A stretch of DNA of 64,000 nucleotides from Candidatus Cloacimonadales bacterium (GCA_963692475.1 OY829950.1:2520504-2584503), one strand, 5' to 3'. Counted from the stretch's first letter, positions 18,982 to 29,001 are shown. Numbers and translations: made by a program. The notes: a model not told the origin generated them from the letters alone.

Positions 18982-19881
18982 TTAGAATTTCTTTTTGTAA
19001 GAGTGACAATATGGGAGACTTCCCTTGTTCTCATAATAATCTTGGTGATAGTTTTCTGCTATGTAAAAAGTCTCAGCTGCTTCTAATTTAGTAACAACAT
19101 CATAACCTTTACTTTTTAAGATATCTATCAATTTTTGTGCTATTAGCTTTTCTTCTTCTGATGAGTAGAAGATAACAGATCTATATTGTTCTCCAATATC
19201 AGGACCTTGTCTATCGACTTGGGTTGGATCATGAATTTCAAAGAAGTATTTAGTTAACTCCTCGTAAGATATCTCTTCAGGATTATATACTACTTCTGTT
19301 GTTTCAATATGTCCAGTGCTACCTCGAACTACTTCATAATATCCTGGATTAACGGTATTACCTCCCATAAATCCAACACTTGTGGAAATTACTCCATCAA
19401 GCTGTTGAAGATAGTACTCAACTCCCCAGAAACAACCACCAGCAAAATAAGCCTTAGCTTCAGAAACTCTTTCTTTAAAATCTAAAGATATTGAATTTAC
19501 ACAATGTCTTACATTTTTATCAGTGAAACCTTCACCTGTAAATACATGACCAAGGTGCCCACCGCAATTAGCACATACTATTTCTGTTCTTCTTCCATCT
19601 GCATCAGGAACCTCTTTTACTCTACCTGGAAGAGCATCATCGAAGCTTGGCCAACCACAACTTGATTTAAACTTATCAGATGAATCAAATAACTCACTTC
19701 CACACTTCTTACAATGATATGTTCCATCTTCAAAATGCTCAACATATTCACCGGTGAATGGTGCTTCGGTTCCCTTTTGTTCTATCACATACTTTTCCAT
19801 ACTGGTTAATTTATTATCATTCTTGCTATACATTATTATTGCTCCTATCATAATGAGTAATATTAAAAAAAACTTTTTCAT
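18982..19881 (-). CDS. msrAB: Exported bifunctional methionine sulfoxide reductase MsrB-MsrA
   Basis: Signal peptide; MsrB motifs (two CxxC pairs, CGWPSF, RHCVNS) followed by the MsrA GCFWG motif. Confidence 0.9.
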   Translation of the reverse strand: MKKFFLILLIMIGAIIMYSKNDNKLTSMEKYVIEQKGTEAPFTGEYVEHFEDGTYHCKKCGSELFDSSDKFKSSCGWPSFDDALPGRVKEVPDADGRRTEIVCANCGGHLGHVFTGEGFTDKNVRHCVNSISLDFKERVSEAKAYFAGGCFWGVEYYLQQLDGVISTSVGFMGGNTVNPGYYEVVRGSTGHIETTEVVYNPEEISYEELTKYFFEIHDPTQVDRQGPDIGEQYRSVIFYSSEEEKLIAQKLIDILKSKGYDVVTKLEAAETFYIAENYHQDYYENKGSLPYCHSYKKKF

Positions 19882-20029
19882 AATTACCTCACTTTTTATT
19901 TAATAATATATTGTAATAATTATAAAATGCCAATAATTAACAAAAATGAAAATTTAAATCAAGTCATGTAACATTAAATTTATCATTTGCTTTTAATCAA
20001 CAAATCAATATAATTTAAGTAATACAATT

Positions 20030-20058
20030 TTACAAAGATGATTTTGTAAAATTATAAT
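20030..20058 (+). promoter_or_regulatory. Candidate sigma-70 promoter (TTACAA-17-TATAAT) embedded in an 11-bp perfect inverted repeat
   Basis: -35 TTACAA 20030-20035, -10 TATAAT 20053-20058. The dyad AATTTTACAAA-N6-TTTGTAAAATT (20026-20053) covers both elements. ATG at 20104 follows a GGAGG. Confidence 0.4.
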
Positions 20059-20103
20059 GAAAAAATAAAAAAATAGAAAGATAAAAAATAATGGAGGTAG
20101 GAA

Positions 20104-20682
20104 ATGACAAGATGGCATAATGGTATTGATGGTATAACTTCAGTTGCAAGTCAACCAAAACACTCAATAGAGGATTTCTTTAAAGTAAAGAATTACCAAC
20201 CGAAGACAGAAGAAGAAAGGCAAGTGTTTGAAGAGTTTTCTCTCATAACAAACAGTATGGCTATCTTAATTCATATTGCAAATGCAGATAGACTAATTAA
20301 TAATGAAGAAAAAAATCAGATTATTAATGATATAATTTTCCAGATGGAGCAAAGACCTTACGAATTCACAAAGCTTTCAGAAAAGTTCGGTAACAATGAA
20401 AAAGAGATAATCCTGAATATCTATAATAAAATTTTAGAAGATTATAAGGCTAATAAAGTTAACTTAGATAAAATTGTGGATGATATCTGTTTATTCTACC
20501 GTAACAATCCTGAAAAACGCTTTTATTTGATTCGCTTAAGTTATTATTGTGCATTTTCTGATAATAATTTTGATCCAGCTGAGAAAGAAGCTATTCAAAA
20601 TATTGCAGAAAAAATGCAAGTCCCAAATGAAGACTTAAAACGAATCGAAGAGGAAGTTAAACAGGAAATAATGCATAAATAG
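20104..20682 (+). CDS. TerB-like (tellurite-resistance TerB/DjlA-N fold) protein, putative
   Basis: Two helical repeats with an acidic metal-binding-like pattern (IANADRLINNEEKNQII and AFSDNNFDPAEKEAIQNI). Assigned by pattern only. Confidence 0.3.
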   Translation: MTRWHNGIDGITSVASQPKHSIEDFFKVKNYQPKTEEERQVFEEFSLITNSMAILIHIANADRLINNEEKNQIINDIIFQMEQRPYEFTKLSEKFGNNEKEIILNIYNKILEDYKANKVNLDKIVDDICLFYRNNPEKRFYLIRLSYYCAFSDNNFDPAEKEAIQNIAEKMQVPNEDLKRIEEEVKQEIMHK

Positions 20683-20715
20683 CCCAAGAATAGAAATAAT
20701 AAGGCAATCTAAACT

Positions 20716-23700
20716 TTATTTCATTAATATACATTTTTTGATTAGAGTTTCCTTGTCTGTTTTTAGCTGATAAAGATAGATTCCAGAAGCTACATTCTCA
20801 TTATGGGCATTTTTACCGTCCCAAGTTATCTCATGTTGACCTGCTTGGAAATTACCAAAAGCTCTTACTTTTTGACCTCTTAAATTATATATAGCAAAAT
20901 TAGCTTGCTTACCAGCTTTCACATAAAATTTTATTGTGGTTGATGGATTGAAAGGATTAGGGAAGGCATTACTTAGAGAAATTGGAGAAATTTCATTTAC
21001 TTCATTTGCTGTATCTAATTGGAAATTAGCAGTTAAAACGGAATTACTATCTAAAGATATCGTGAGAAATCCTGTAGTATCGGCATGCTCTGACCAATGG
21101 CTAAATGTATAACCACTACGAGCTACTGCCTCTACAGTAATAGGAAGGGAAGGAAAATAGTAACCTGTCCAAGGAAAGATAAGGTCATTGTGGTCAGCTA
21201 AAAGAGGATCTAAGTTTATAGAATTAATGACTAAAAATCCTTGGTCTTGAGAATTTACATCTAAGGTAATCGTTCTAAGACTGTCTAATTCAAAGCGATC
21301 TTTAAGGTGTTGGTAGAGATAAGTAGGACGGTATTGCAAGAAATCAGAGATAACTTGGGAATGAGCTTGCCAATCTTCATAGCTTTGAGGACGAGAGTAT
21401 CTATGGATATGTTCACTGATTTCATCACTGATACCATTTTGGTAATTATTAAGGATTTCAGATGTCCTTTCATACTTGAAAGTTGTGTTCAGATAGTCAC
21501 AAAACTTATTAATAAACTTAGTTTCATAGTCAGGATTAGTCAGTAGCCTACGTAAAATTAGGGTACTCCACTGTTGGTAATATTCAGTTGTTGTAACTCT
21601 TAGTAAAGTATTATCAGACACTGGATCATCAGTACCAGACAAACCAAGACCTAAATCAACATCATAAAACAACCATCTCCATCTACCATCGTGTCCTAAG
21701 GGAGCATCAGGATTAAAAGTATCAGTTCTTAAACGCCAATATTTCATATTATTTGCTGGCCAGTCTGCATTTCCTGAGAATATCTCAGCAATTTGGTAGT
21801 CAGTGAAGTTATCAATATCAATTCGTGTTTCAAGGTAATTATATTCAGCTTGATCTATAGTTTCATGATTTTCCAAGAAAGATATTAGGTCTTGATAATT
21901 GCTATTATCACCTTCGTCAGCAAGAGCGTTTTTTTCTAAAAGGTCTAAATTATCTTCATCAACGCCATAAACACGAGCAAGATATTTATTATCAAACCGT
22001 TCTCTCATATTATGAATACCCCAATATTCTCCATTAATATAGACGATTACAGGCTGATAAGCTTGGGTATCAATGGAAAAATCTTCCACAATTTTATGCA
22101 TGATTGGGTCACGTAGATAAAAGCGGGTACAGTCATTTCCGGCATTTCTTAATATCAATCTTTTGAAACTATTATCAGCTAAATCAGGGAAAAAATTATA
22201 ATCGAAAGTGGACTGTCCGTATTCACTACGAGCATATAGTCTAAGAGATTTAATTATATTTGATCTGCTCCAGCCACCGTGAATACGTATTCCAATATTT
22301 TGGCTGAGAACAGGATATGTACTACTAACATCAAAATACTCCATATAGGCAATTTTCTCTGTTTCGCTTCCACTTCTGTGATAGTTTGCAGGTACTCCTC
22401 CATTAGCAGTAGCAGTAGGATTATCTTCTCGCCAAGAATCAAAATCTATACCTGCTACATAGATTCCGTCATAATAATCAAATAAATTGTCTTCAGAAAG
22501 AGAAATGCTTATCAAAGGAAGAGAATAAGGATTAGAATCAGAATTTAAAACATAATAGCTGTGAGTGATAGTATCTGAAGGTTGGCACCCATTTTTAAAT
22601 GCTTTTGCCTTAACAACTATCCCTTTTTTTACTGGTGTGTCAGGAGCATAGAAGTTAACATTATGGAAAGTTGTAGATATTTGACTTAACTTATCAGCTT
22701 CTATTGACCTATCAAATATTTCGATAGGAGAATTGTAGATGGTTGAAGTGAAATTAGAAGTTAGGAATTCACCAAAGTTTGTGCCAAGTTGAGGATAACT
22801 ATTCTTGTAGAAATAAGAAGTCCCTGTTAGGTTATTGATATCAGGCTCTGAACCATCTAAGGTATAAACTATAGTAGTAGTAGAATCTTCGTGGCTAAGA
22901 ATTAAATCAAAATTACTAAGATAAAAACCACCTGGTACGGAGAAATTTACTGTGTTTAAGTGGTCACCTACTGGTGGTTGGGGGAGACTTGCATCGTCTT
23001 GCCAAAGTAGATAAGGATATCCTTCATTATAATCAGAAGCAAATCCCCAAATATTTTCTATATCCCAGCCTGCTTCCATATAAGTACTAAGATTCTTCAT
23101 CTCCAATGTAGTTATTCCCTCACCTGCTGATTCTTCAGTACAATTAGAAGTTTCAATATCCCAAAAACTATTGTTAACTACAGCTTGATTTCTTCCAACT
23201 AAGCCGTTTATGTATTCTTCAGTTGAAGCAGATACTTGCCCTATTGAAAAACAATTTTCAACTATGCTATTGTTTCTATTTCTTCCTATCAGACCTCCGA
23301 CTCTTTCAGCACCACTTGCATAACCTAATGCATAGCAATTAATAATAGTAGCACTTTCATCATTTAGCCCTACTAACCCTCCTACATTATCCCCTTCATT
23401 AAAGACATGACAAGCAGAATAGGAGGATGTGATAGAGGCAAATTCATTATTCTTTCCAGCTAATCCACCTACATTGTTATCAATACCACTAACTATTCCT
23501 CGAGAATAGCAGTTTTCTATACTACTGTAATTATCATTAACTCCTACCAAAGCACCAACAGCTTTATAACCAGAAATATTGACGTTAGTAAGCCCTATAT
23601 TTTTGATAAGACATTCGTTTCCTGATAACCAACCAAAGAGTCCAATCCCTTCATTATCAGGTCGATTTATGTATAAATTCTCTATATAGTGATTCTGTCC

Positions 23701-23988
23701 ATCAAATGTACCAGTAAAAGGTAAGTCTTCAGTGCCAATTGGTTTCCATCCTTGGTTATTATCCCATTCTTCAATTTCTTCTTCCTGAGTTACAATAATA
23801 TTATTTTCTAAAATAAAGTGTTTATCCCAATTTGTGTCGTTTGTACTAAGCCAATTCATATTTGATAGGTTATTTATCACATAAGGATTAGTTAGGCTTC
23901 CATCACCGTTAGCTGGAGGAACAATTGTCTGACCTAAGATGTAACAAGAATAAAATAGAAGGCATAAAACTACAAGACCTCTTTTCAT
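20716..23988 (-). CDS. Large secreted GLUG-repeat + CotH-domain protein with T9SS-type C-terminal sorting domain
   Basis: Signal peptide; repeated GLUG motifs (VGGLAGKN, VGGLVGLN, VGGLIGRN); CotH core (LRNAGND...YLRDPIMHKI...PVIVYINGEYWGIHNMRERFDNKYL); CTD FPNPFNPSTTIKFYV...IYNLRGQKV...SGIYLYQL. Start set at MKRGL behind GGAGAGG. Confidence 0.8.
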   Translation of the reverse strand: MKRGLVVLCLLFYSCYILGQTIVPPANGDGSLTNPYVINNLSNMNWLSTNDTNWDKHFILENNIIVTQEEEIEEWDNNQGWKPIGTEDLPFTGTFDGQNHYIENLYINRPDNEGIGLFGWLSGNECLIKNIGLTNVNISGYKAVGALVGVNDNYSSIENCYSRGIVSGIDNNVGGLAGKNNEFASITSSYSACHVFNEGDNVGGLVGLNDESATIINCYALGYASGAERVGGLIGRNRNNSIVENCFSIGQVSASTEEYINGLVGRNQAVVNNSFWDIETSNCTEESAGEGITTLEMKNLSTYMEAGWDIENIWGFASDYNEGYPYLLWQDDASLPQPPVGDHLNTVNFSVPGGFYLSNFDLILSHEDSTTTIVYTLDGSEPDINNLTGTSYFYKNSYPQLGTNFGEFLTSNFTSTIYNSPIEIFDRSIEADKLSQISTTFHNVNFYAPDTPVKKGIVVKAKAFKNGCQPSDTITHSYYVLNSDSNPYSLPLISISLSEDNLFDYYDGIYVAGIDFDSWREDNPTATANGGVPANYHRSGSETEKIAYMEYFDVSSTYPVLSQNIGIRIHGGWSRSNIIKSLRLYARSEYGQSTFDYNFFPDLADNSFKRLILRNAGNDCTRFYLRDPIMHKIVEDFSIDTQAYQPVIVYINGEYWGIHNMRERFDNKYLARVYGVDEDNLDLLEKNALADEGDNSNYQDLISFLENHETIDQAEYNYLETRIDIDNFTDYQIAEIFSGNADWPANNMKYWRLRTDTFNPDAPLGHDGRWRWLFYDVDLGLGLSGTDDPVSDNTLLRVTTTEYYQQWSTLILRRLLTNPDYETKFINKFCDYLNTTFKYERTSEILNNYQNGISDEISEHIHRYSRPQSYEDWQAHSQVISDFLQYRPTYLYQHLKDRFELDSLRTITLDVNSQDQGFLVINSINLDPLLADHNDLIFPWTGYYFPSLPITVEAVARSGYTFSHWSEHADTTGFLTISLDSNSVLTANFQLDTANEVNEISPISLSNAFPNPFNPSTTIKFYVKAGKQANFAIYNLRGQKVRAFGNFQAGQHEITWDGKNAHNENVASGIYLYQLKTDKETLIKKCILMK

Positions 23989-24162
23989 TATTACCTCTCC
24001 CATTAGTTTATATTAATTACTACCTACTTCTACAATTAATCTAATGAAGAATAGTTTGTCAATATTTATTTCAATTTTATAGATTTTCATGGTAATTTCA
24101 ATTAAAAAAAGTCTTGACTTATAACAGACTTAACTTCAAAATATAAATAGGGAGTAATTATT

Positions 24163-24267
24163 ATGAGTTCAAAGAATGAAACAGAAGTAAAACGTCTGAA
24201 TGGTTATCTTTACAAAGTAACACCAGTTAAAGATGCCGAGGGAAATGTCTTAAATCATTTATTATGA
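24163..24267 (+). CDS. 34-aa ORF with strong SD, in frame with the downstream membrane ORF across a TGA
   Basis: AGGGAG SD 9 nt upstream; MSSKNETEVKRLNGYLYKVTPVKDAEGNVLNHLL-TGA. It shares a frame with 24274-24660, which starts only 6 nt after the stop. Confidence 0.35.
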   Translation: MSSKNETEVKRLNGYLYKVTPVKDAEGNVLNHLL

Positions 24268-24273
24268 CCATTA

Positions 24274-24660
24274 ATGGTTGAGTTCAAACCTCCGGATATA
24301 TTGCAGGTTATAGTTGGAGCATCATTGTTGGCTATACCAATGGCATTTACAGCAGAAGCTTGGGAATTAGGTGTTGAATTACCTCATAAGAATGTAATAT
24401 TCTTAGGAGCTTTGTCCTTGTTTTTTGTTGCCTTATTTGTTTACTTTAACTTTTATCGCAATTACTTGAAGCGAAATAAAGTCCATTATGTAGTAAGAGT
24501 ACTTGCTACATATTTGATTGCTTTTGCTGTAGTAGCGTTACTTCTAACTATTTTAGGAAAAGGTCCATGGGGCTCAGATAATCTCTTAGCCCTAAAACGA
24601 ATTATAATTGTGGCTTTCCCTGCCTCAATGAGTGCAACTGTAAGTGATGTGATAAAATAA
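24274..24660 (+). CDS. Small integral membrane protein (DUF2391-like)
   Basis: Four predicted TM helices; N-terminal DILQVIVGASLLAIPMAFTAEAWELG resembles DUF2391. No SD of its own. Confidence 0.45.
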   Translation: MVEFKPPDILQVIVGASLLAIPMAFTAEAWELGVELPHKNVIFLGALSLFFVALFVYFNFYRNYLKRNKVHYVVRVLATYLIAFAVVALLLTILGKGPWGSDNLLALKRIIIVAFPASMSATVSDVIK

Positions 24661-24719
24661 AGCACTTGCCAGATGTGCAGAAATAACTATATTAATTAAA
24701 ACATTAATGGAGAATTAGA

Positions 24720-26567
24720 ATGAACAAAAAATTACTATATTTTCTAATGCTTGTTATTCTTATAGGATTAGTAGCTTGCTCTGATGATAACTCAACTTCT
24801 CCTGAGGCTGATTATCAAAATTTAAATATTCCAGATGGATTTAACTGGACTAATTTAGAATATGTTAAATTAAATATCTCACTCGAAGATACTGATTTAA
24901 CAGGTAAAAATTTAGTTGTAGTCCGTCATAATAGTAAGGTTTTAGTTAGAAAGTTTATGACTGACGGAAACTTAAATGTAAATGTTAACTCTGTTAAAGG
25001 TTATGATAATTTGATAGTAGAAGTTCCAGCTTTTAATTTTTCCCAGGAAATCTCAACTTCCATTAAAGAACACAATATCATAGTCTCAAGTGAAGATATT
25101 CAGAGATTTACATACGAATCTAATATTGACCCCTATTTTGCTTCTGAACTTAATGATGATGAATCAAATTTTGTGACCATTAATAATATCGATCCAAATA
25201 TGATTCAAACCTTTATGACCAGTAATAATATTTACATTCCAACAGAAGTACCTCAAGCTAATACAGGTTGGCATAAATATAAGTTCAATCCTGATGGTGA
25301 GGGAGAGGTTAGAAGAGTAACAGATGGTCTAAATAATCATCTCATATTAGGAAGTGATTGGGTTGTAATGCAGACTTTAGATGTTGGAGATTTTAATTAT
25401 TTTAACGAAAACTTAGAAGGCGCTAAAACTGCCAATACTGTTGCTATTGATCAATGTCCTTTTAGGGCATATATCACTAACACTTACATCTTTTTAGATG
25501 AAAACATGAACTATATCAGTTTCTTCCCATGGTCACCATGGTCATATACTGATACAAATAGATTCTTTTCAGATAGAACAAACAATAATTTAGGTAATGC
25601 TAAGTATTTAGTTATTATAGGGCAGTATAATGGTTATCAAGGCAATGTAAGATTAGATAACTGGTTAGTTACTCTTTATGATACAGAAATAACTTCAGTA
25701 GATTCAGATGGTGATGGAGTTGTTAACTCTGAAGACTTAGAACCAGGAAATCCTAACATAGCTGGTGAGGTTATTGTACCAGGTGGATTTATAATGTATG
25801 AAGATTTATGGCCAGACAAAGGTGATTATGACTTCAATGACCTCTATATTTATGTAACAGATTCAAAGTTCAAAGTTAATGGTGATAATAAGATAGTTTA
25901 TTATGATTTATATGTTAAGGTAATGAAGGCTGGAGCAAGTCTTCACAATGGCTTGGGTTTGAGATTTATCGATGCAGTAACTTCTGGAGGAGCTACTACT
26001 TATAATACTATTGAGAGTGGAAATATGTTGAACTCAATAGTTGCCTATTCACTTCCAACAAATTGGTCTAATGGGCAAGGTAACGGTGATTGGTCAACAA
26101 TGACTTACCTTGATAAATTTGCTTCTAACACAGCAGTTTTAATTCATGATATTGGAGCAATGAATCTAACTCAAGGTGATGATATGTCAATAAGAATATA
26201 TTTTGACCCAAATGAAGAACAACCTGAGAACCCTATTCCTGATTTCTTTTTATTCAGAAGTACAAGTCGGGATTTAGAAGTTCATCTTGCTGGATATCCA
26301 CCAACAGAATATGCAAATATGGGTAATTTTGGTACAGGTGATGATGCTTCATTAACCTATCCAGGTAACTGGTATAAAACAGATGATAACTATCCATGGG
26401 CTCTTTATTTTTCAACTGATAACTGGGTGCCAGCTGTTAAGGAAAACATTCCGATATTTAGAGCTTATCCTGATTTCGCAGGTTGGGTAACTTCTGGGGG
26501 AGAGCAGAATCAAAATTGGATAAATAACTATGTTCCTTCCTTAACAGAGAATCCTTGGAGTGATTGA
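24720..26567 (+). CDS. LruC-domain lipoprotein
   Basis: Lipobox LIGLVAC; calcium-binding-like DSDGDGVVNSEDLEPGNP followed by YEDLWPDKGDYDFNDLYI, the hallmark LruC-domain start. Confidence 0.6.
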   Translation: MNKKLLYFLMLVILIGLVACSDDNSTSPEADYQNLNIPDGFNWTNLEYVKLNISLEDTDLTGKNLVVVRHNSKVLVRKFMTDGNLNVNVNSVKGYDNLIVEVPAFNFSQEISTSIKEHNIIVSSEDIQRFTYESNIDPYFASELNDDESNFVTINNIDPNMIQTFMTSNNIYIPTEVPQANTGWHKYKFNPDGEGEVRRVTDGLNNHLILGSDWVVMQTLDVGDFNYFNENLEGAKTANTVAIDQCPFRAYITNTYIFLDENMNYISFFPWSPWSYTDTNRFFSDRTNNNLGNAKYLVIIGQYNGYQGNVRLDNWLVTLYDTEITSVDSDGDGVVNSEDLEPGNPNIAGEVIVPGGFIMYEDLWPDKGDYDFNDLYIYVTDSKFKVNGDNKIVYYDLYVKVMKAGASLHNGLGLRFIDAVTSGGATTYNTIESGNMLNSIVAYSLPTNWSNGQGNGDWSTMTYLDKFASNTAVLIHDIGAMNLTQGDDMSIRIYFDPNEEQPENPIPDFFLFRSTSRDLEVHLAGYPPTEYANMGNFGTGDDASLTYPGNWYKTDDNYPWALYFSTDNWVPAVKENIPIFRAYPDFAGWVTSGGEQNQNWINNYVPSLTENPWSD

Positions 26568-26627
26568 TAAGTAAGGATTTAGTTATAGGAAAAGAATAAG
26601 TAATATAATTAAGCAACATAAATTAAA

Positions 26628-26660
26628 ATCACAGAGTCTTTAGATTCTGTGATTTTTTTT
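26628..26660 (+). terminator. Intrinsic terminator after the LruC gene (possibly bidirectional, also serving trmL)
   Basis: ATCACAGAGTC / GATTCTGTGAT stem (one G-T pair), TTTA loop, then T8. Confidence 0.7.
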
Positions 26661-26718
26661 ACGCTTTAATATGCTTTTATTCGTAAAATTTGTGTAATCG
26701 TTGATATACCCCTTAATA

Positions 26719-27183
26719 CTAAAACTCAAAATCTATCTGTCGTAAAGCTTCAAAAAGAATTATTGCTACACTATTGGAAAGATTTATTGATCTTATTTCT
26801 CCAGTCATAGGTATAGTAATATTATCTTCTTTGTTTTGGAAAAGTATATCCTCAGGTATTCCTCTTGATTCAGGTCCAAAAACAAAAGCATCACCTTGTT
26901 GATAATCTACTTTAGTGTAAATCCTATCTGTTTTTGTTGTGCAATAATAGACGTTTATATCTGGATATTTTGCTAAAAAATCTTCTAAAGAGTCATGGAT
27001 AGTAAGATTGAGTTTATGCCAATAATCTAATCCTGCTCTTTTGACTAATTTATCATTAAGTAAAAATCTCATTGGTTTAATAATATGTAATTCTAAATCA
27101 GCACCAACACAAATTCTTCCAATATTTCCAGTATTACTAGGAATTTCAGGTTGATATAAGACTACTTTAAATTTTTTCTTCAT
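26719..27183 (-). CDS. trmL: tRNA (cytidine/uridine34-2'-O)-methyltransferase TrmL (SpoU family)
   Basis: LYQPEIPSNTGNIGRIC, FVFGPESRGIP, NLSNSVAI. Confidence 0.85.
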   Translation of the reverse strand: MKKKFKVVLYQPEIPSNTGNIGRICVGADLELHIIKPMRFLLNDKLVKRAGLDYWHKLNLTIHDSLEDFLAKYPDINVYYCTTKTDRIYTKVDYQQGDAFVFGPESRGIPEDILFQNKEDNITIPMTGEIRSINLSNSVAIILFEALRQIDFEF

Positions 27184-28256
27184 TAAAATTTCTCTTTATA
27201 TGTTTTCCAGAAGTCCAACCATTCCGATAAGTATTTGGCTACAACTTTCTGATTAATTTTATTATTCATCACGATGTTAGGATAATCAATAATCCTATGT
27301 CCTTGGCTTTTAGGAGCTACCTCAAGAATTGGATACCAATTAGTTGCTTTGACAATTGAGGATTGAGTCTCAGGTCTAAGTAACCAGAGAAGAAAGACTT
27401 CTGCCTTTTTATTATTTTTGCATCTGTAAGTGATAGCAGCAGAATGAATAAGTTTATAAGTTCCCTCAGCCATATATGTGAAATTCATTGTTTGAGGATA
27501 GCCTGATTCATAGCCTTCAACAACTTTAGTTACTGGATAGAAAATGAATTTGTCATCATAATCCCAGAATTTATCGAAAGCTTCTTTTTCATCATCAACA
27601 ATTAAGAAAATACTACCACGAATCCGATTCCAACAGGCAGCATAGCCATGGAACTTGAAAACACCTTCAATATTATTGAAGAGAGCTCTTCCAATCTCGG
27701 TTCCTAATGCATCAGGTATTATTACTTTGTCAAAATATTCTTCGTCTTGCAAAACACCAAAACTAATTGGTAATTCACTTTGATTAGAACTCTTTTTAAT
27801 TAAGGCAAGATAAGAGTATTGATATGGAACAAATCTCTTTTGCTTGTCAAAACGGTTGTTAGATCTTACTTTAGAAAAATACAAGTCATCAAGAGAACGA
27901 AAAATATCTAAGCTATCTAACTCTGTTTGAAAGACATTGGAAAGACCAAGAACAATATCAGGGTAATCTCTAAAACTACTCTCAGCTAATTTATCAATAA
28001 TCTGCTTCTTTGTTCCTCCATTTTCCCATTTTAGTAAAGTATTACTTTTGGCTAAGAATTTCTGGGTTAAAGAATCAATAAGATTTAGTTCAAAGAAATC
28101 TTCTGTGGCTAAAACATGTAATGTATCATTGATAACTATCTCTTTGCACTCGTTATCATTAATTTCGATTTGCTCTTCAATATTCTTTGATTTGCAACTG
28201 ATTAAGAGTATAACAACTCCAAATAAAATAAAATTAAAGTAAAGCAATTTTTTCAT
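27183..28256 (-). CDS. Putative periplasmic solute-binding-type lipoprotein
   Basis: Lipobox LLISCKS. Size and alternating alpha/beta character suggest an ABC substrate-binding fold. No diagnostic motif recognised. Confidence 0.3.
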   Translation of the reverse strand: MKKLLYFNFILFGVVILLISCKSKNIEEQIEINDNECKEIVINDTLHVLATEDFFELNLIDSLTQKFLAKSNTLLKWENGGTKKQIIDKLAESSFRDYPDIVLGLSNVFQTELDSLDIFRSLDDLYFSKVRSNNRFDKQKRFVPYQYSYLALIKKSSNQSELPISFGVLQDEEYFDKVIIPDALGTEIGRALFNNIEGVFKFHGYAACWNRIRGSIFLIVDDEKEAFDKFWDYDDKFIFYPVTKVVEGYESGYPQTMNFTYMAEGTYKLIHSAAITYRCKNNKKAEVFLLWLLRPETQSSIVKATNWYPILEVAPKSQGHRIIDYPNIVMNNKINQKVVAKYLSEWLDFWKTYKEKF

Positions 28257-28258
28257 AT

Positions 28259-28999
28259 TTAGACTCCAAACAAAATCCAGGCAACAAAGAAATCTAACAC
28301 AAGAATCATAATAGATGAATGTACTACTGTATTAGTTGTAGAGATTCCTACTCCTTCAGAACCATTTGCTGTTCTATCGCCTTGGAAACAGGCTATGGAA
28401 GTTATAGTTACCCCAAAAGCGAAGGCTTTAATCAATCCACCATTCACATCACTCATTGTGAAGTAGTTTTGCATGTTTGAAAAAAAAGTGTAGAAAGATA
28501 TATTATACTTTAATACAGAAAAGAAGTAACCAGACATTATACCTACTAACATAGAAAATATAGTCAATAAGGGTACCATAATAGCTCCTGCAACAACTCT
28601 TGGCATATAGATGAAGTTAAATGGGCTTATTGCCATAGACTCCAAAGCATCTACCTGTTCGGTAACTTTCATTGTTCCGATTTCAGCTGTTAAGGCAGCT
28701 CCTATTTTTCCTGTTAATACTAAAGCTGTAAGCACAGGAGCTAGTTCAATAACTACTGATTTTTCAACTAAGACTCCAAGATAGCTAAGAGGTATTCTAC
28801 CTTTTGTTTGATAAATTGCCTGTAAAGCTGTAACGAAACCTGTAAAAACTGAAGTAATGATAATTAACCATAATGAATCAAGACCTATTTTTTTACATAT
28901 CCTTAGGAAATAGTATCTTCTCTTAAAGATAAAAGGAATCTCTTTTATTACTTTTCCATTAAATATTAGATATGAGCCTAATTTTGCTAAAAGATTCAT
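28259..28999 (-). CDS. mlaE: MlaE-family ABC transporter permease
   Basis: IGLDSLWLIIITSVFTG...GRALTAEIGTMKVTEQVDALE-like segment (GAALTAEIGTMKVTEQVDALESM) and five TM helices. Confidence 0.85.
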   Translation of the reverse strand: MNLLAKLGSYLIFNGKVIKEIPFIFKRRYYFLRICKKIGLDSLWLIIITSVFTGFVTALQAIYQTKGRIPLSYLGVLVEKSVVIELAPVLTALVLTGKIGAALTAEIGTMKVTEQVDALESMAISPFNFIYMPRVVAGAIMVPLLTIFSMLVGIMSGYFFSVLKYNISFYTFFSNMQNYFTMSDVNGGLIKAFAFGVTITSIACFQGDRTANGSEGVGISTTNTVVHSSIMILVLDFFVAWILFGV

Positions 29000-29001
29000 A
29001 T

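Noticed and set aside
18867-19091. 74-aa + strand ORF
   Set aside because: It overlaps the 3' end of msrBA on the opposite strand and the msrBA/terminator spacer, with no SD and no recognisable features.
24265-24267. In-frame TGA as evidence for an alternative genetic code (code 4 or 25)
   Set aside because: TGA clearly terminates other well-defined genes in the window (GT2 at 3050-3052, the DUF4390-like gene at 10867-10869), and protein lengths fit the standard code throughout.
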